Below, in pieces: positions 20,279 to 29,006 of a stretch of 50,416 nt of DNA (positions within the stretch are counted from its first letter, which is position 1; each line of letters starts with the position of its first letter). The stretch lies in NCBI GenBank assembly GCA_034722955.1, contig JAYEOM010000028.1, forward strand, positions 1 to 50,416, given 5' to 3'. The notes beneath the pieces are model-generated. The model did no database searches, was not told the DNA's origin, and was given only the letters and a program-made list of their open reading frames with translations. Origin of the DNA: Campylobacterota bacterium. Lineage in GTDB: Bacteria > Campylobacterota > Campylobacteria > Campylobacterales > Sulfurovaceae. Made by a program: the position numbers and the translations under genes.

Positions 20279-20886
20279 AAAAAATAGTACTGGCATTTAT
20301 ACTGTTATATACGATAGCAGATGCAAGCGGATGCATATTGGCTCAGAAAAAAGAGATAGATATCAACTGGAAAGCATATAAAACATTTGGCAAGATCGCA
20401 GTGGGTGGAAAATTTACCTCTATAGAGTACTCACCCAAGGCACTAGAGGGAAAAAACTTCAGAGAGTTGCTAGTTGGATCCAAAGTGAAGATCGATACAG
20501 ATAAGATCTATACAGGCAATCTCGAAAGAGACAAAACAGTTGTTACTTTTTTCTTTCAAAAGATGTCAGGAGGAGAGATAGATGCTGTTATCAAAGATAT
20601 CAAAGCAGATAAATATATTAAAGGAGAGCCTAGAACCGGTATAGTCTCAGTCATGATCACTATGAATAAAAAATCATTGATCATTCCAATGAAGTATCAC
20701 TATGAAAAAGAGAATTTTAGAGCAGATGGGGTGATAGATCTAGGTGATTTTGATGCAACCCCTGCATTAGCGACAATCAACAAGAGTTGTTATGATCTTC
20801 ATAGCGGGAAAACATGGCGTGATGTTGCGATCAGCTTCAGTATGAATATCAAAGCAACACTCTGCAGTGTCAAGATAAAAAAGTAG
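20275..20886 (+). CDS. YceI-like periplasmic protein
   Basis: Signal peptide; W.AYKT..K.AVGGKF, T.N.ERD....FF and LH.GKTW.DV motifs of this YceI-like family. Confidence 0.7.
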   Translation: MKKIVLAFILLYTIADASGCILAQKKEIDINWKAYKTFGKIAVGGKFTSIEYSPKALEGKNFRELLVGSKVKIDTDKIYTGNLERDKTVVTFFFQKMSGGEIDAVIKDIKADKYIKGEPRTGIVSVMITMNKKSLIIPMKYHYEKENFRADGVIDLGDFDATPALATINKSCYDLHSGKTWRDVAISFSMNIKATLCSVKIKK

Positions 20887-21102
20887 TTAAAATAGACTCA
20901 CCTCTTGATCTATATCTTCAGACTCTTTCTCCATGTTGTCACATATGATCTCTTGGCATCTTTGACAAAGGTATCGGTAACTATCCATATCATAAAAGAT
21001 CTGATCACCTACCTCTAAATCATCATAACACTCTCCACAGACATTGGTGACACGCAGCAAAATCTCTTGACTTGCAATCTGATCAACAAAACAACTGCAC
21101 AT
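20887..21102 (-). CDS. Small Cys-rich, probable zinc-binding hypothetical protein
   Basis: CSC, CGEC and CQRC motifs in 71 aa; 2 nt downstream of the TPR gene on the same strand. Confidence 0.7.
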   Translation of the reverse strand: MCSCFVDQIASQEILLRVTNVCGECYDDLEVGDQIFYDMDSYRYLCQRCQEIICDNMEKESEDIDQEVSLF

Positions 21103-21104
21103 AG

Positions 21105-21746
21105 CTACTTGGCTTCTTTGAGTTTACTGATCATCTCTTGGGCTTGATCGAGTGTAGGATCGATGTTATATGCCTTCTCATAAAGCTCTAGTGCATCTTG
21201 ACTCTTGCCAAGATCGTAGAGGGTATTTGCATAGTTGTAGTAGTGTGGTGCGTATTGGGGGTCTAGTTCAATAGAGCGGCTATGATGCATAATCGCTGCT
21301 TCGTCATCTCCCAACTGATGGCAGATATTGCCTAGGGCGGCTTCAGCCATATCATCCTCTGGTGTCACCTCTAACAGCTTTTGATACTCCTCCTTGGCGG
21401 CAGTATGGTTGTTAGTTGCATTGAGTACATATGCGTACCTGCTTAAAATATCGGGATTGTTCTCATCGATGATCAATGCACTCTGTAGAGCCTTCTGGGC
21501 TTCTGTCATATCACCCTTCTCTACAGATTCATCTGCAATTGCCGTGAGTTCATCTATACGATTGGGCTTGGCTGTAGGTCTGGAAAATATCTTCTCCGGA
21601 CGGCTAATACCACCAATCTGCTCATCGGCATTTTTTGCCTCAAAATCGACACCTCGTTTAGGATAATCTTCACTAAAAAGCTTTTTGAAAAAAAGGTAAA
21701 AGATCACCATCGCTGAAATAAAAAGAATAAGTTGAAAAATTGTCAT
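21105..21746 (-). CDS. Membrane-anchored TPR protein
   Basis: N-terminal TM, then TPR motifs (A...LG......G..EAA......IELDP..A..YYNYA..L..LG). Confidence 0.9.
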   Translation of the reverse strand: MTIFQLILFISAMVIFYLFFKKLFSEDYPKRGVDFEAKNADEQIGGISRPEKIFSRPTAKPNRIDELTAIADESVEKGDMTEAQKALQSALIIDENNPDILSRYAYVLNATNNHTAAKEEYQKLLEVTPEDDMAEAALGNICHQLGDDEAAIMHHSRSIELDPQYAPHYYNYANTLYDLGKSQDALELYEKAYNIDPTLDQAQEMISKLKEAK

Positions 21747-21840
21747 GTCTGCTCCGAAATTGATAATGGCATGATAGGAGAATCTTGCTTAAAACCAAAG
21801 AAATTTTGATATGATATGAAAAATATTTAAAGGATTTACC

Positions 21841-22230
21841 ATCTCTTATCCAATAAAACTCAACAAAGAAAAACTCAAAGAGGAGCTAAGCCCCCTAGAG
21901 TACAGTGTTTGCATCAACCATGGCACTGAACCACCATTCCAAAATGAGTACTGGGATGAGAAATCAAAAGGTCTCTATCTTTGCAAATGTTGCAAAACAC
22001 CGCTATTTGATTCGGATACCAAGTTTGATTCGGGGACTGGGTGGCCTAGCTACTTCCAACCTATCAGCAGAGATGTGATCGAGTATATCGAAGATAACTC
22101 CTTTGGTATGACTCGTACAGAAGTATGCTGTGCTGCTTGCGGTTCTCACTTGGGGCATCTGTTTCCTGATGGACCAGCCCCTACAGGAGAACGCTACTGC
22201 ATCAACTCAGCCTCTTTGAGCTTGGGGTAG
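21841..22230 (+). CDS. msrB: Peptide-methionine (R)-S-oxide reductase MsrB, absent from the ORF track; apparent ATC start
   Basis: Hand translation: ISYPIKLNKEKLKEELSPLEYSVCINHGTEPPFQNEYWDEKSKGLYLCKCCKTPLFDSDTKFDSGTGWPSYFQP...MTRTEVCCAACGSHLGHLFPDGPAPTGERYCINSASLSLG*. AAGGA RBS lies 6 nt before ATC at 21841, with an in-frame TGA just upstream. Confidence 0.93.
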   Translation: MSYPIKLNKEKLKEELSPLEYSVCINHGTEPPFQNEYWDEKSKGLYLCKCCKTPLFDSDTKFDSGTGWPSYFQPISRDVIEYIEDNSFGMTRTEVCCAACGSHLGHLFPDGPAPTGERYCINSASLSLG

Positions 22231-22245
22231 CCCTTAGGTAGTTTA

Positions 22246-22512
22246 CTATTTTTGCAACTGTAGAGACAACTCTCCTATAGCTTCATCGAGAGCATCTCTA
22301 CTCTCATATAGAAAAGAGTACTTCTCCTCATCGCCTAGATGGAGAAAGATCCCATACCCTTCAAGTTCTACCTTGCCCTTAGCTTCGATCTCTAGCCACT
22401 CCAAGCTTACTTGTGTTGTCTCATCCTTATATCCGGTTTTGACGATTGCAGCTGGGTAGAGCTGTGTGATCTTGGCTGTCTCAAATGTTTTCTCTTCTAT
22501 TGTAATAATCAT
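22246..22512 (-). CDS. Hypothetical protein
   Basis: 88-aa ORF filling the gap between msrB and yqeY; no motif recognised. Confidence 0.7.
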   Translation of the reverse strand: MIITIEEKTFETAKITQLYPAAIVKTGYKDETTQVSLEWLEIEAKGKVELEGYGIFLHLGDEEKYSFLYESRDALDEAIGELSLQLQK

Positions 22513-22592
22513 CGTGTTATTATAGCAGTTAGGGCTTTGGGTCTCTATCTATTTCTCAAGATATGATATAATCACACTAAAAAGGAGCTATT

Positions 22593-23036
22593 TTGAATTT
22601 GAAAGAGCAGATCAAACATGATATAAAAGAGGCTATGAGAGCCAAAGATACAACCAAGAGAGATACACTTCGCAACATCACTGCAGCTATCAAACAGATA
22701 GAGGTTGATCAGCGTATCGAAGTAGATGATGATACTGTCGAGAGGATCTTGATGAAATATGCCAAACAGCGTGAAGATGCCATCATCCAGTTCAAGGAAG
22801 CCCGCAGGGATGACCTAGTGGCCAAAGATGAATTAGAGTTAGCCCTTGTGATGAGCTATCTGCCTGAACCGATGAGTGATAAAGAGTTGGATGAGATCTT
22901 GGCAGAGATCATCGCCTCAACAGGAGCAAGCAGCATGAAAGATATGGGCAGAGTGATGGGTGCGGCTAAAAGTACTATAGGCAGCAGGGCTGATGGCGGA
23001 AGAGTCAACAAATCTGTCAAAAGACTTCTTGGCTAA
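22593..23036 (+). CDS. yqeY: GatB/YqeY domain protein
   Basis: LKEQI..D.KEAMRAKD, K.R.DAI.QF...R.DL...E..E....SYLP, GA.SMKDMGRVMG, ADG. AAGGAG RBS and TGATATAAT at 22564-22572. Confidence 0.93.
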   Translation: MNLKEQIKHDIKEAMRAKDTTKRDTLRNITAAIKQIEVDQRIEVDDDTVERILMKYAKQREDAIIQFKEARRDDLVAKDELELALVMSYLPEPMSDKELDEILAEIIASTGASSMKDMGRVMGAAKSTIGSRADGGRVNKSVKRLLG

Positions 23037-23043
23037 ACTTAAT

Positions 23044-24780
23044 ATGTTATCATTTTTAGATAAAAGAGTAGCAAATTTTATAGTGATAATACTACTAACT
23101 ATAGGTACATTTAGTTGGACATTTTTTATCTTTCATGAACCTATAGTGTGGAGTGTTGTATCTATTGTAGTGGTAGTTAGGATGCTTGCATCTCGACTAC
23201 TACTTCAAGACTATTCACTATCTTGGTCAAAATCAACTCCTAAAACATTTTTGATCAAGAGTGTCGCTTATGCGGCGGCTTTTGCAATATATATGCCTTT
23301 GTTCTATGGTACTGTCTCTATCGCTCTATTGATCTCAGAGCTACTACTCTACCTTTTTATCCTCAACTTTGCAGTCTACGCTTACAACTACTGGATAAAT
23401 AAAAGTTATATAGAGAAGACAAAAGATGTCATTATCTATGGTGCGGGGAAGGCTGGACTTAAACTGGAAGAGGAGTTTAGAGATGGTAAGTATAGGGTTA
23501 GATACTTCATTGATGATAATATAAATTTGCAAAAACGATCTATCGATAGTATAAAGATCATATCTAGTAAAAATCTGAAAAATAGTCTAACTCCAAATGC
23601 TCACTATACTCTACTCGTTATCGCTATGCCAAGTGCTCCCAAGAGCAGAGTGAAGGATATATACAGTGATCTGGTACCATATTTTGATGAGATAAAAATC
23701 CTCCCAAGTTTAGATGATATACTGAGAGATAAGCCATTTGCCAATCAGTTGAAAAAGCTGACACTTAGAGATCTGCTTGCTAGGAATGCCAAAGATTTGG
23801 ATAGGCAGGCTATCTCTGAGTTTGTCAAAGGTAAAAATATATTGATCTCAGGGGCTGGTGGCAGTATAGGTTCTGAGATAGTACGGCAGTGTATAGGATT
23901 TGGTGCATCCAAACTAGTGCTGTTGGATCATAGTGAGTATAATCTATACTCTATTTTTGATGAGGTCGCAGAGAGTGATATACCTATCGTACCCGTTCTT
24001 CAATCTGTCACAAATAGAGACTTTATCGAAGAGACCTTTGGTAAGTATAAGCCACAGATCGTCATCCACGCAGCTGCTTACAAACATGTGCCGATGGTCG
24101 AAGAGAATATCAGGGAGTCTATCATAAACAATATCATCGGTACAAAAAATATCATAGATCTCTCTATAGAGAGCAGGGTAGAGACTTTTCTATTGATCTC
24201 GACAGATAAAGCTGTAAGACCAACAAATGTAATGGGTACAACCAAGCGAATCTGTGAACTCTATGCACAAAATGTAGATGCAAAAGAGACATCTATCGTT
24301 GCAGTAAGGTTTGGTAATGTCTTGGGTAGTTCCGGGTCTGTAGTCCCGAAATTTCAAAGACAGATAGAGCAAAATAGAAATATAACTGTAACAGATCCTG
24401 AGATCACACGCTACTTTATGTTGATACCCGAAGCTTGTGAGCTAGTCCTGCAGGCAGCATCTCTAGGTAGAGGTGGAGAGATCTTTATCTTGGATATGGG
24501 GGAGCCTGTCAAGATAGCAGAGTTAGCACAGAAGATGATAGAGCTCTCCGGCAAGCTTGATGTAGAGATAGAGTATATAGGATTGAGACCCGGAGAGAAG
24601 CTATACGAAGAGCTTCTGATCGATGAGAGTGATATGCATACAGAGTATGAGTCTATTATGGTTGCAGCACCAACTCCATATGGTATCAATAGGTTAAATC
24701 AAGATATAGAGGAGTTGCTAAACTCAGAGAGACAGATTGATAAACTTAGAGAGATAGTGCCTGAATTTACGCATCTATAA
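23044..24780 (+). CDS. pglF: UDP-N-acetylglucosamine 4,6-dehydratase, PglF/CapD type; start moved to ATG 23044 to avoid overlap with yqeY
   Basis: Four N-terminal TMs, IYGAGKAG, GAGGSIGSE, HAAAYKHVP, ISTDKAVRPTNVMGTTKR, VRFGNVLGSSGSV, GLRPGEKLYEEL. Confidence 0.88.
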   Translation: MLSFLDKRVANFIVIILLTIGTFSWTFFIFHEPIVWSVVSIVVVVRMLASRLLLQDYSLSWSKSTPKTFLIKSVAYAAAFAIYMPLFYGTVSIALLISELLLYLFILNFAVYAYNYWINKSYIEKTKDVIIYGAGKAGLKLEEEFRDGKYRVRYFIDDNINLQKRSIDSIKIISSKNLKNSLTPNAHYTLLVIAMPSAPKSRVKDIYSDLVPYFDEIKILPSLDDILRDKPFANQLKKLTLRDLLARNAKDLDRQAISEFVKGKNILISGAGGSIGSEIVRQCIGFGASKLVLLDHSEYNLYSIFDEVAESDIPIVPVLQSVTNRDFIEETFGKYKPQIVIHAAAYKHVPMVEENIRESIINNIIGTKNIIDLSIESRVETFLLISTDKAVRPTNVMGTTKRICELYAQNVDAKETSIVAVRFGNVLGSSGSVVPKFQRQIEQNRNITVTDPEITRYFMLIPEACELVLQAASLGRGGEIFILDMGEPVKIAELAQKMIELSGKLDVEIEYIGLRPGEKLYEELLIDESDMHTEYESIMVAAPTPYGINRLNQDIEELLNSERQIDKLREIVPEFTHL

Positions 24781-24848
24781 CTCTCATATAAAATCCAAAA
24801 CTATTTGGGTCTCTATATCCTTGGGTAGAATTGTTCTTGTAGAGTTTC

Positions 24849-26651
24849 TTATGGCCAATTTGGTTCTATATTTCCGGCACCCGTTTCATGTGTAAAAAAA
24901 TCATCGTGTTTGGTTACACTAGATACATCCCATACTCCTAAGTTGTGATTTGTAAATGCACTAGCAGCTGCAAACATGCCACTCATATCAGTCACACTAG
25001 AGACATCCCAGCCACTGATATCTCTATTGAATACACTTTCCTCAAACATTGAATACATATCAGTCACACTAGAGACATCCCAGCCACTGATATCTTGATT
25101 GAATGCACTGTCATAAAACATTAGATACATATCAGTCACACTAGAGACATCCCAGCCACTGATATCTTGATTGAATGCATTCTCATGAAACATCATAGAC
25201 ATATCAGTCACACTAGAGACATCCCAGCCACTGATATCTCTATTGAATGCACTTTCCCCAAACATTGAATACATATCAGTCACACTAGAGACATCCCAGC
25301 CACTGATATCTTGATTGAATGCACTTTCCCCAAACATTAGAGACATATCAGTCACATTAGATACATCCCACTGTTCGACTCTTCCATTGAATCCACTAGT
25401 CAAAAACATAAGACTCATATCTGTCACATTGGATACATCCCAACCGTTGAGATCATGGTTGAATGCAAGTGCACTAGAGAATGTGCCATACATGTTGTTG
25501 ACATAAGATACATCCCAATCATTGATATCTTGATTGAATTTCTCTGCAGCAGCAAACATACCCATCATGCTTCTTACGCCTGATAGATCCGGTGCGTCTT
25601 TGGCTATACTTTGCACATTGCGACATAGAAGGAAAGCCTGTTCCATTGATTTCCACTTGATCTTGCCCCATTGATTTATATATAGCAATTTATAATTAGA
25701 ATCATCTTCGCTTAGATAGAAAGCCGGGAAAGTCCCGGAAATCTTGATGGTATATGTACCTGCTCTCCTGTAAAAATGGTTGGTATCTCCTGTTACCCCA
25801 GTATTGATCTCGCCATCACCCCAATCGATATTGTAGTCATATGTATACCTTTCTTCACGCGTCATGATCACGACCTGATCATCGTAGCCAGGACCTTGAT
25901 TGTCTGTCTTCCAAGTGGTGATGAAAGAGTCTTGATCAGATACTGGATTATTGATCTTATCGACTATAGCTTGGATCTCTTCTCTATCAGCAGGATCATA
26001 GAGATCCAACCCTAAATTTGTTACCGCTATATTGACTTCATCAAGATTCTCCTCTGTTACTCCTGTGATACCTGCATCTATGTAGTTTTGGACTGTCCAA
26101 TCTGCAGTACATGGATTACCGTTGACTAGCTCTTCGACTTTATTGAGACCCCTGACTAATGTTAGATAATTCTCTGTGACACCTGCTATCACACACTCCG
26201 CATCTTTGGCATCATTCAATTGGGCATCTGCAAATGCTATTCCGACTGTTGTCCTATGGTAGAGGACTGTTTGGTCTGATCTCTGTGCACCGTTGATAAC
26301 TGAAAGGATAAAGAGTGAACGGTGGATCCTCCCTGATTCGACCTCCTCTTTCCAGTAGATCAAACCTGCCCTTTCAGGTGGGCGATTAAAAAGATTAACA
26401 TAGACAGCTGTGACAAACTCAATAGCAGTAGTTCCATCGGGATACTTCAGCTGAGTCTCCTCCTGATCGAAGAAACTAGCAGCTATATTTTCGATACTAG
26501 AACCGGTGCCGAGCCAATACTCCAAACCAGATGCATCGGGTGCACGATCGAAGGTAGCTATATAGAGTTCTGCTACACTCTCTTTGGTAGGTGCCGTAGC
26601 ATTTAGAACTGTTGTTATAAATAGTATAGCCAACACTATTTTTTTTAGCAT
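24849..26651 (-). CDS. Secreted surface protein: DUF4214-like N-terminus, PKD-like segment, DUF285/BspA-type repeats
   Basis: Signal peptide; LYIATFDRAPDASGLEYW and VY.NLFNR.P..AGL.YW; IDWGDG; repeats of FNQDISGWDVSSVTDM..MF. Confidence 0.88.
   Translation of the reverse strand: MLKKIVLAILFITTVLNATAPTKESVAELYIATFDRAPDASGLEYWLGTGSSIENIAASFFDQEETQLKYPDGTTAIEFVTAVYVNLFNRPPERAGLIYWKEEVESGRIHRSLFILSVINGAQRSDQTVLYHRTTVGIAFADAQLNDAKDAECVIAGVTENYLTLVRGLNKVEELVNGNPCTADWTVQNYIDAGITGVTEENLDEVNIAVTNLGLDLYDPADREEIQAIVDKINNPVSDQDSFITTWKTDNQGPGYDDQVVIMTREERYTYDYNIDWGDGEINTGVTGDTNHFYRRAGTYTIKISGTFPAFYLSEDDSNYKLLYINQWGKIKWKSMEQAFLLCRNVQSIAKDAPDLSGVRSMMGMFAAAEKFNQDINDWDVSYVNNMYGTFSSALAFNHDLNGWDVSNVTDMSLMFLTSGFNGRVEQWDVSNVTDMSLMFGESAFNQDISGWDVSSVTDMYSMFGESAFNRDISGWDVSSVTDMSMMFHENAFNQDISGWDVSSVTDMYLMFYDSAFNQDISGWDVSSVTDMYSMFEESVFNRDISGWDVSSVTDMSGMFAAASAFTNHNLGVWDVSSVTKHDDFFTHETGAGNIEPNWP
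24972..25465 (-). repeat. About seven tandem 72-bp intragenic repeats (24-aa DUF285 units), five nearly identical
   Basis: CATATCAGTCACACTAGAGACATCCCAGCCACTGATATC recurs at 24984, 25056, 25128, 25200 and 25272, with diverged copies at 25344 and 25416. Confidence 0.93.
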
Positions 26652-26790
26652 GATATATCTCCTTCTGCCTTTTTAGAAGATTATAACACTGCTTAGATAA
26701 AGATATGCTAAGGTTTACTTCTAATACTTTGTTATAACTTGATATACTATTAAAAACTCTTAATCTGATACAAAGGAGAATAAAAAATCT

Positions 26791-27738
26791 ATGAAGGCTA
26801 AAATTGAAATACTCAAACAGGAGCTGAGCAAAGCTGTCATCGGTCAAGAGCAGATGATCGAAGGGTTATTGATAGGACTGCTAAGTGATGGGCATATACT
26901 CATAGAGGGGGTTCCTGGACTTGCCAAGACGACTACTATCAATGCACTCTCCAAAGCACTAGGTTTGGAGTTTAAACGCATACAATTCACGCCGGATCTT
27001 CTCCCTAGTGATATCATAGGTGCAGAGATATATGATCCCAAAAACAATAGTTTCAAGATAAAAAAGGGACCACTATTTACCAATCTACTATTGGCAGATG
27101 AGATCAACCGTGCACCATCCAAAGTACAATCAGCACTGCTTGAGGTGATGCAGGAGAGACAAGTCACTATAGGAGATGAAACTTTTGCTATAGAGCAGCC
27201 ATTTCTAGTGATGGCAACACAAAACCCTATAGAGCAGGAGGGTGTTTATGCTCTGCCAGAAGCCCAGCTGGATCGTTTTATGATGAAGCTAATCGTCAAA
27301 CACAACAGTGAAGAGGAGGAGCTGGAGATCATGCGTAGAGCTGCTACCAAGAGCTTTGGGGATGTTTTGGCAGTCTTGAGCAGAGATGATCTCTATATGA
27401 TCAGAGAAGATCTAGAGAGGGTTCATATCGACAAGGAGTTGGAGTATTATATCATTCGACTTGTATCGGCTACTAGAGATCCAGAGAAGTTTGGATTGGA
27501 CTCTATCAAAGAGTCGATAATGTTCGGTGCTTCACCTAGAGCCTCTATCGACCTCTATAAGGCATCCAGAGCCAAGGCATTTCTTCGGGGCAATAGCTTT
27601 GTCACTCCGGTTGATATAGGTTTTGTCACTCATGATGTTTTGCGTCATCGTATTGTACTGAGTTATGAAGCTAGAGCGAAAGGGCTCACGACTGATGAGA
27701 TCATCTCTATGATAGTCAAAACTATACCCATACCTTAG
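26791..27738 (+). CDS. moxR: MoxR family AAA+ ATPase
   Basis: GHILIEGVPGLAKT, RIQFTPDLLPSD, LADEINRAPSKVQSALLEVMQE, ATQNPIEQEG, LPEAQLDRF, GASPRA. Confidence 0.95.
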   Translation: MKAKIEILKQELSKAVIGQEQMIEGLLIGLLSDGHILIEGVPGLAKTTTINALSKALGLEFKRIQFTPDLLPSDIIGAEIYDPKNNSFKIKKGPLFTNLLLADEINRAPSKVQSALLEVMQERQVTIGDETFAIEQPFLVMATQNPIEQEGVYALPEAQLDRFMMKLIVKHNSEEEELEIMRRAATKSFGDVLAVLSRDDLYMIREDLERVHIDKELEYYIIRLVSATRDPEKFGLDSIKESIMFGASPRASIDLYKASRAKAFLRGNSFVTPVDIGFVTHDVLRHRIVLSYEARAKGLTTDEIISMIVKTIPIP

Positions 27739-27744
27739 TAGTCC

Positions 27745-28581
27745 ATGATGCACTCCCATACACTGTTTCGTACTCTTCTGATCAAAGCTCGTCAACAAGT
27801 CCACACACTCCTGTCAGGCAATAGCCTCTCCAAACTTCATGGAGAGGGGTATGATCTCAGTGAACTTAGAGAGTATCAAGTCGGTGACGATGTTCGCAAG
27901 ATCAACTGGATCATCACTGCCAAAATGGGAAGAGCATATATCAAAGAGTTACATGCCAATAGAGAACTCTCTATCGTCGTCACTTCTATGTTGGGTGGGT
28001 CTCTATATTTTGGTGATGGAGATATCAAACAGGAGAAGCTTGCAGAGGTGACTATGCTGCTAGGTTATGCAGCACAGCAAAATGCTGATCTATTTACAGG
28101 TCTTGGTTATCTGCAAAATCATACCATATTTGCTCCACCTACCAAGCAGCTCTACAGTATCGAATCTTTTTTTCAAAAAGTCTACAGCTCAGATACGATA
28201 GGCACAAGTGTTGAGTACAATCAAGCTATCGATGATATATTTCGAAGAGTAGAGAGATCTTCTCTCATATTCATAGTAGGAGACTTTCTCCAGGAGGTTG
28301 ATCTCTCACTATTGGCACAAAAACATGAAGTGATCGCTATTGTCATTCGGGATAGAGCCGAAGAGCAACCACAGAAACTAGGAGAAGTTATCCTTGAAAA
28401 CCCACAAAACTATGCCAAGATAGAGACCCACTTTGGTCAAAAAAGTATCGACAGATACTTAGCTAAACTACAAGAGAGTGATAAAAACCTGATAGAGCAC
28501 TTTTCAAAATATGGTATCAGATATACAAAAATATACACTGATGAAGAGCCTATTGCAAAGTTGATCTATCTCTTTGGGTAG
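27745..28581 (+). CDS. DUF58 domain protein (MoxR partner)
   Basis: GEGYDLSELREYQVGDDVRKINW..TAK; immediately downstream of moxR. Confidence 0.9.
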   Translation: MMHSHTLFRTLLIKARQQVHTLLSGNSLSKLHGEGYDLSELREYQVGDDVRKINWIITAKMGRAYIKELHANRELSIVVTSMLGGSLYFGDGDIKQEKLAEVTMLLGYAAQQNADLFTGLGYLQNHTIFAPPTKQLYSIESFFQKVYSSDTIGTSVEYNQAIDDIFRRVERSSLIFIVGDFLQEVDLSLLAQKHEVIAIVIRDRAEEQPQKLGEVILENPQNYAKIETHFGQKSIDRYLAKLQESDKNLIEHFSKYGIRYTKIYTDEEPIAKLIYLFG

Positions 28582-28586
28582 TATGG

Positions 28587-28931
28587 TCAATCCGGCAGTA
28601 TAGATTTTATCTCATTCTCTTGAGGGTCTTGACTGCAAAACTGCTTGATCTCTGCAACTGTAAATCTAGTCTCTTTCAATATTTTATCTCCACCCTCCTT
28701 CTGTACAGGGTAGTTTTTTGGGACATCACCACTCAGTAGTTCAGATGTAGCGACTTTTGCTATCATCGTAAACCTGTACCCTACCTCTATAGCTTGCAGG
28801 AGATCAGATCTATTGTTTATAAGATAACTCTTCTTTGCTATAGCTACCTTCTGACGATCTGACAAGGTACTCTTCCCCTCTATAGCTAGCAGATCTAATA
28901 GTGTTGCTCTTTTTGTAATTTCTATTGCCAT
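28587..28931 (-). CDS. Hypothetical protein
   Basis: 114-aa ORF with a purine-rich upstream region; no motif recognised. Confidence 0.65.
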   Translation of the reverse strand: MAIEITKRATLLDLLAIEGKSTLSDRQKVAIAKKSYLINNRSDLLQAIEVGYRFTMIAKVATSELLSGDVPKNYPVQKEGGDKILKETRFTVAEIKQFCSQDPQENEIKSILPD

Positions 28932-29006
28932 ACTCTTCTCATCCTTGCTCTATTTTATTTGATAATTATTATATAGTTTTATTGATAGATAAAGACTTAA
29001 ACCCCA

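Noticed and set aside
22993..23043. ORF-track N-terminal extension of pglF
   Set aside because: It overlaps yqeY by 44 nt; ATG at 23044, just after the yqeY stop, is more plausible.
24972..25465. Regularly spaced repeats resembling a CRISPR array
   Set aside because: The period is exactly 72 bp and in frame within a DUF285 coding region, the intervening segments resemble one another, and there are no cas genes.
22221..28581. msrB and the DUF58 gene both end in CTT(G/T)GGGTAG, similar to the mini-repeat right end
   Set aside because: The matches are only 9-10 nt with no matching GCCC left end at a consistent position; they cannot be distinguished from chance.
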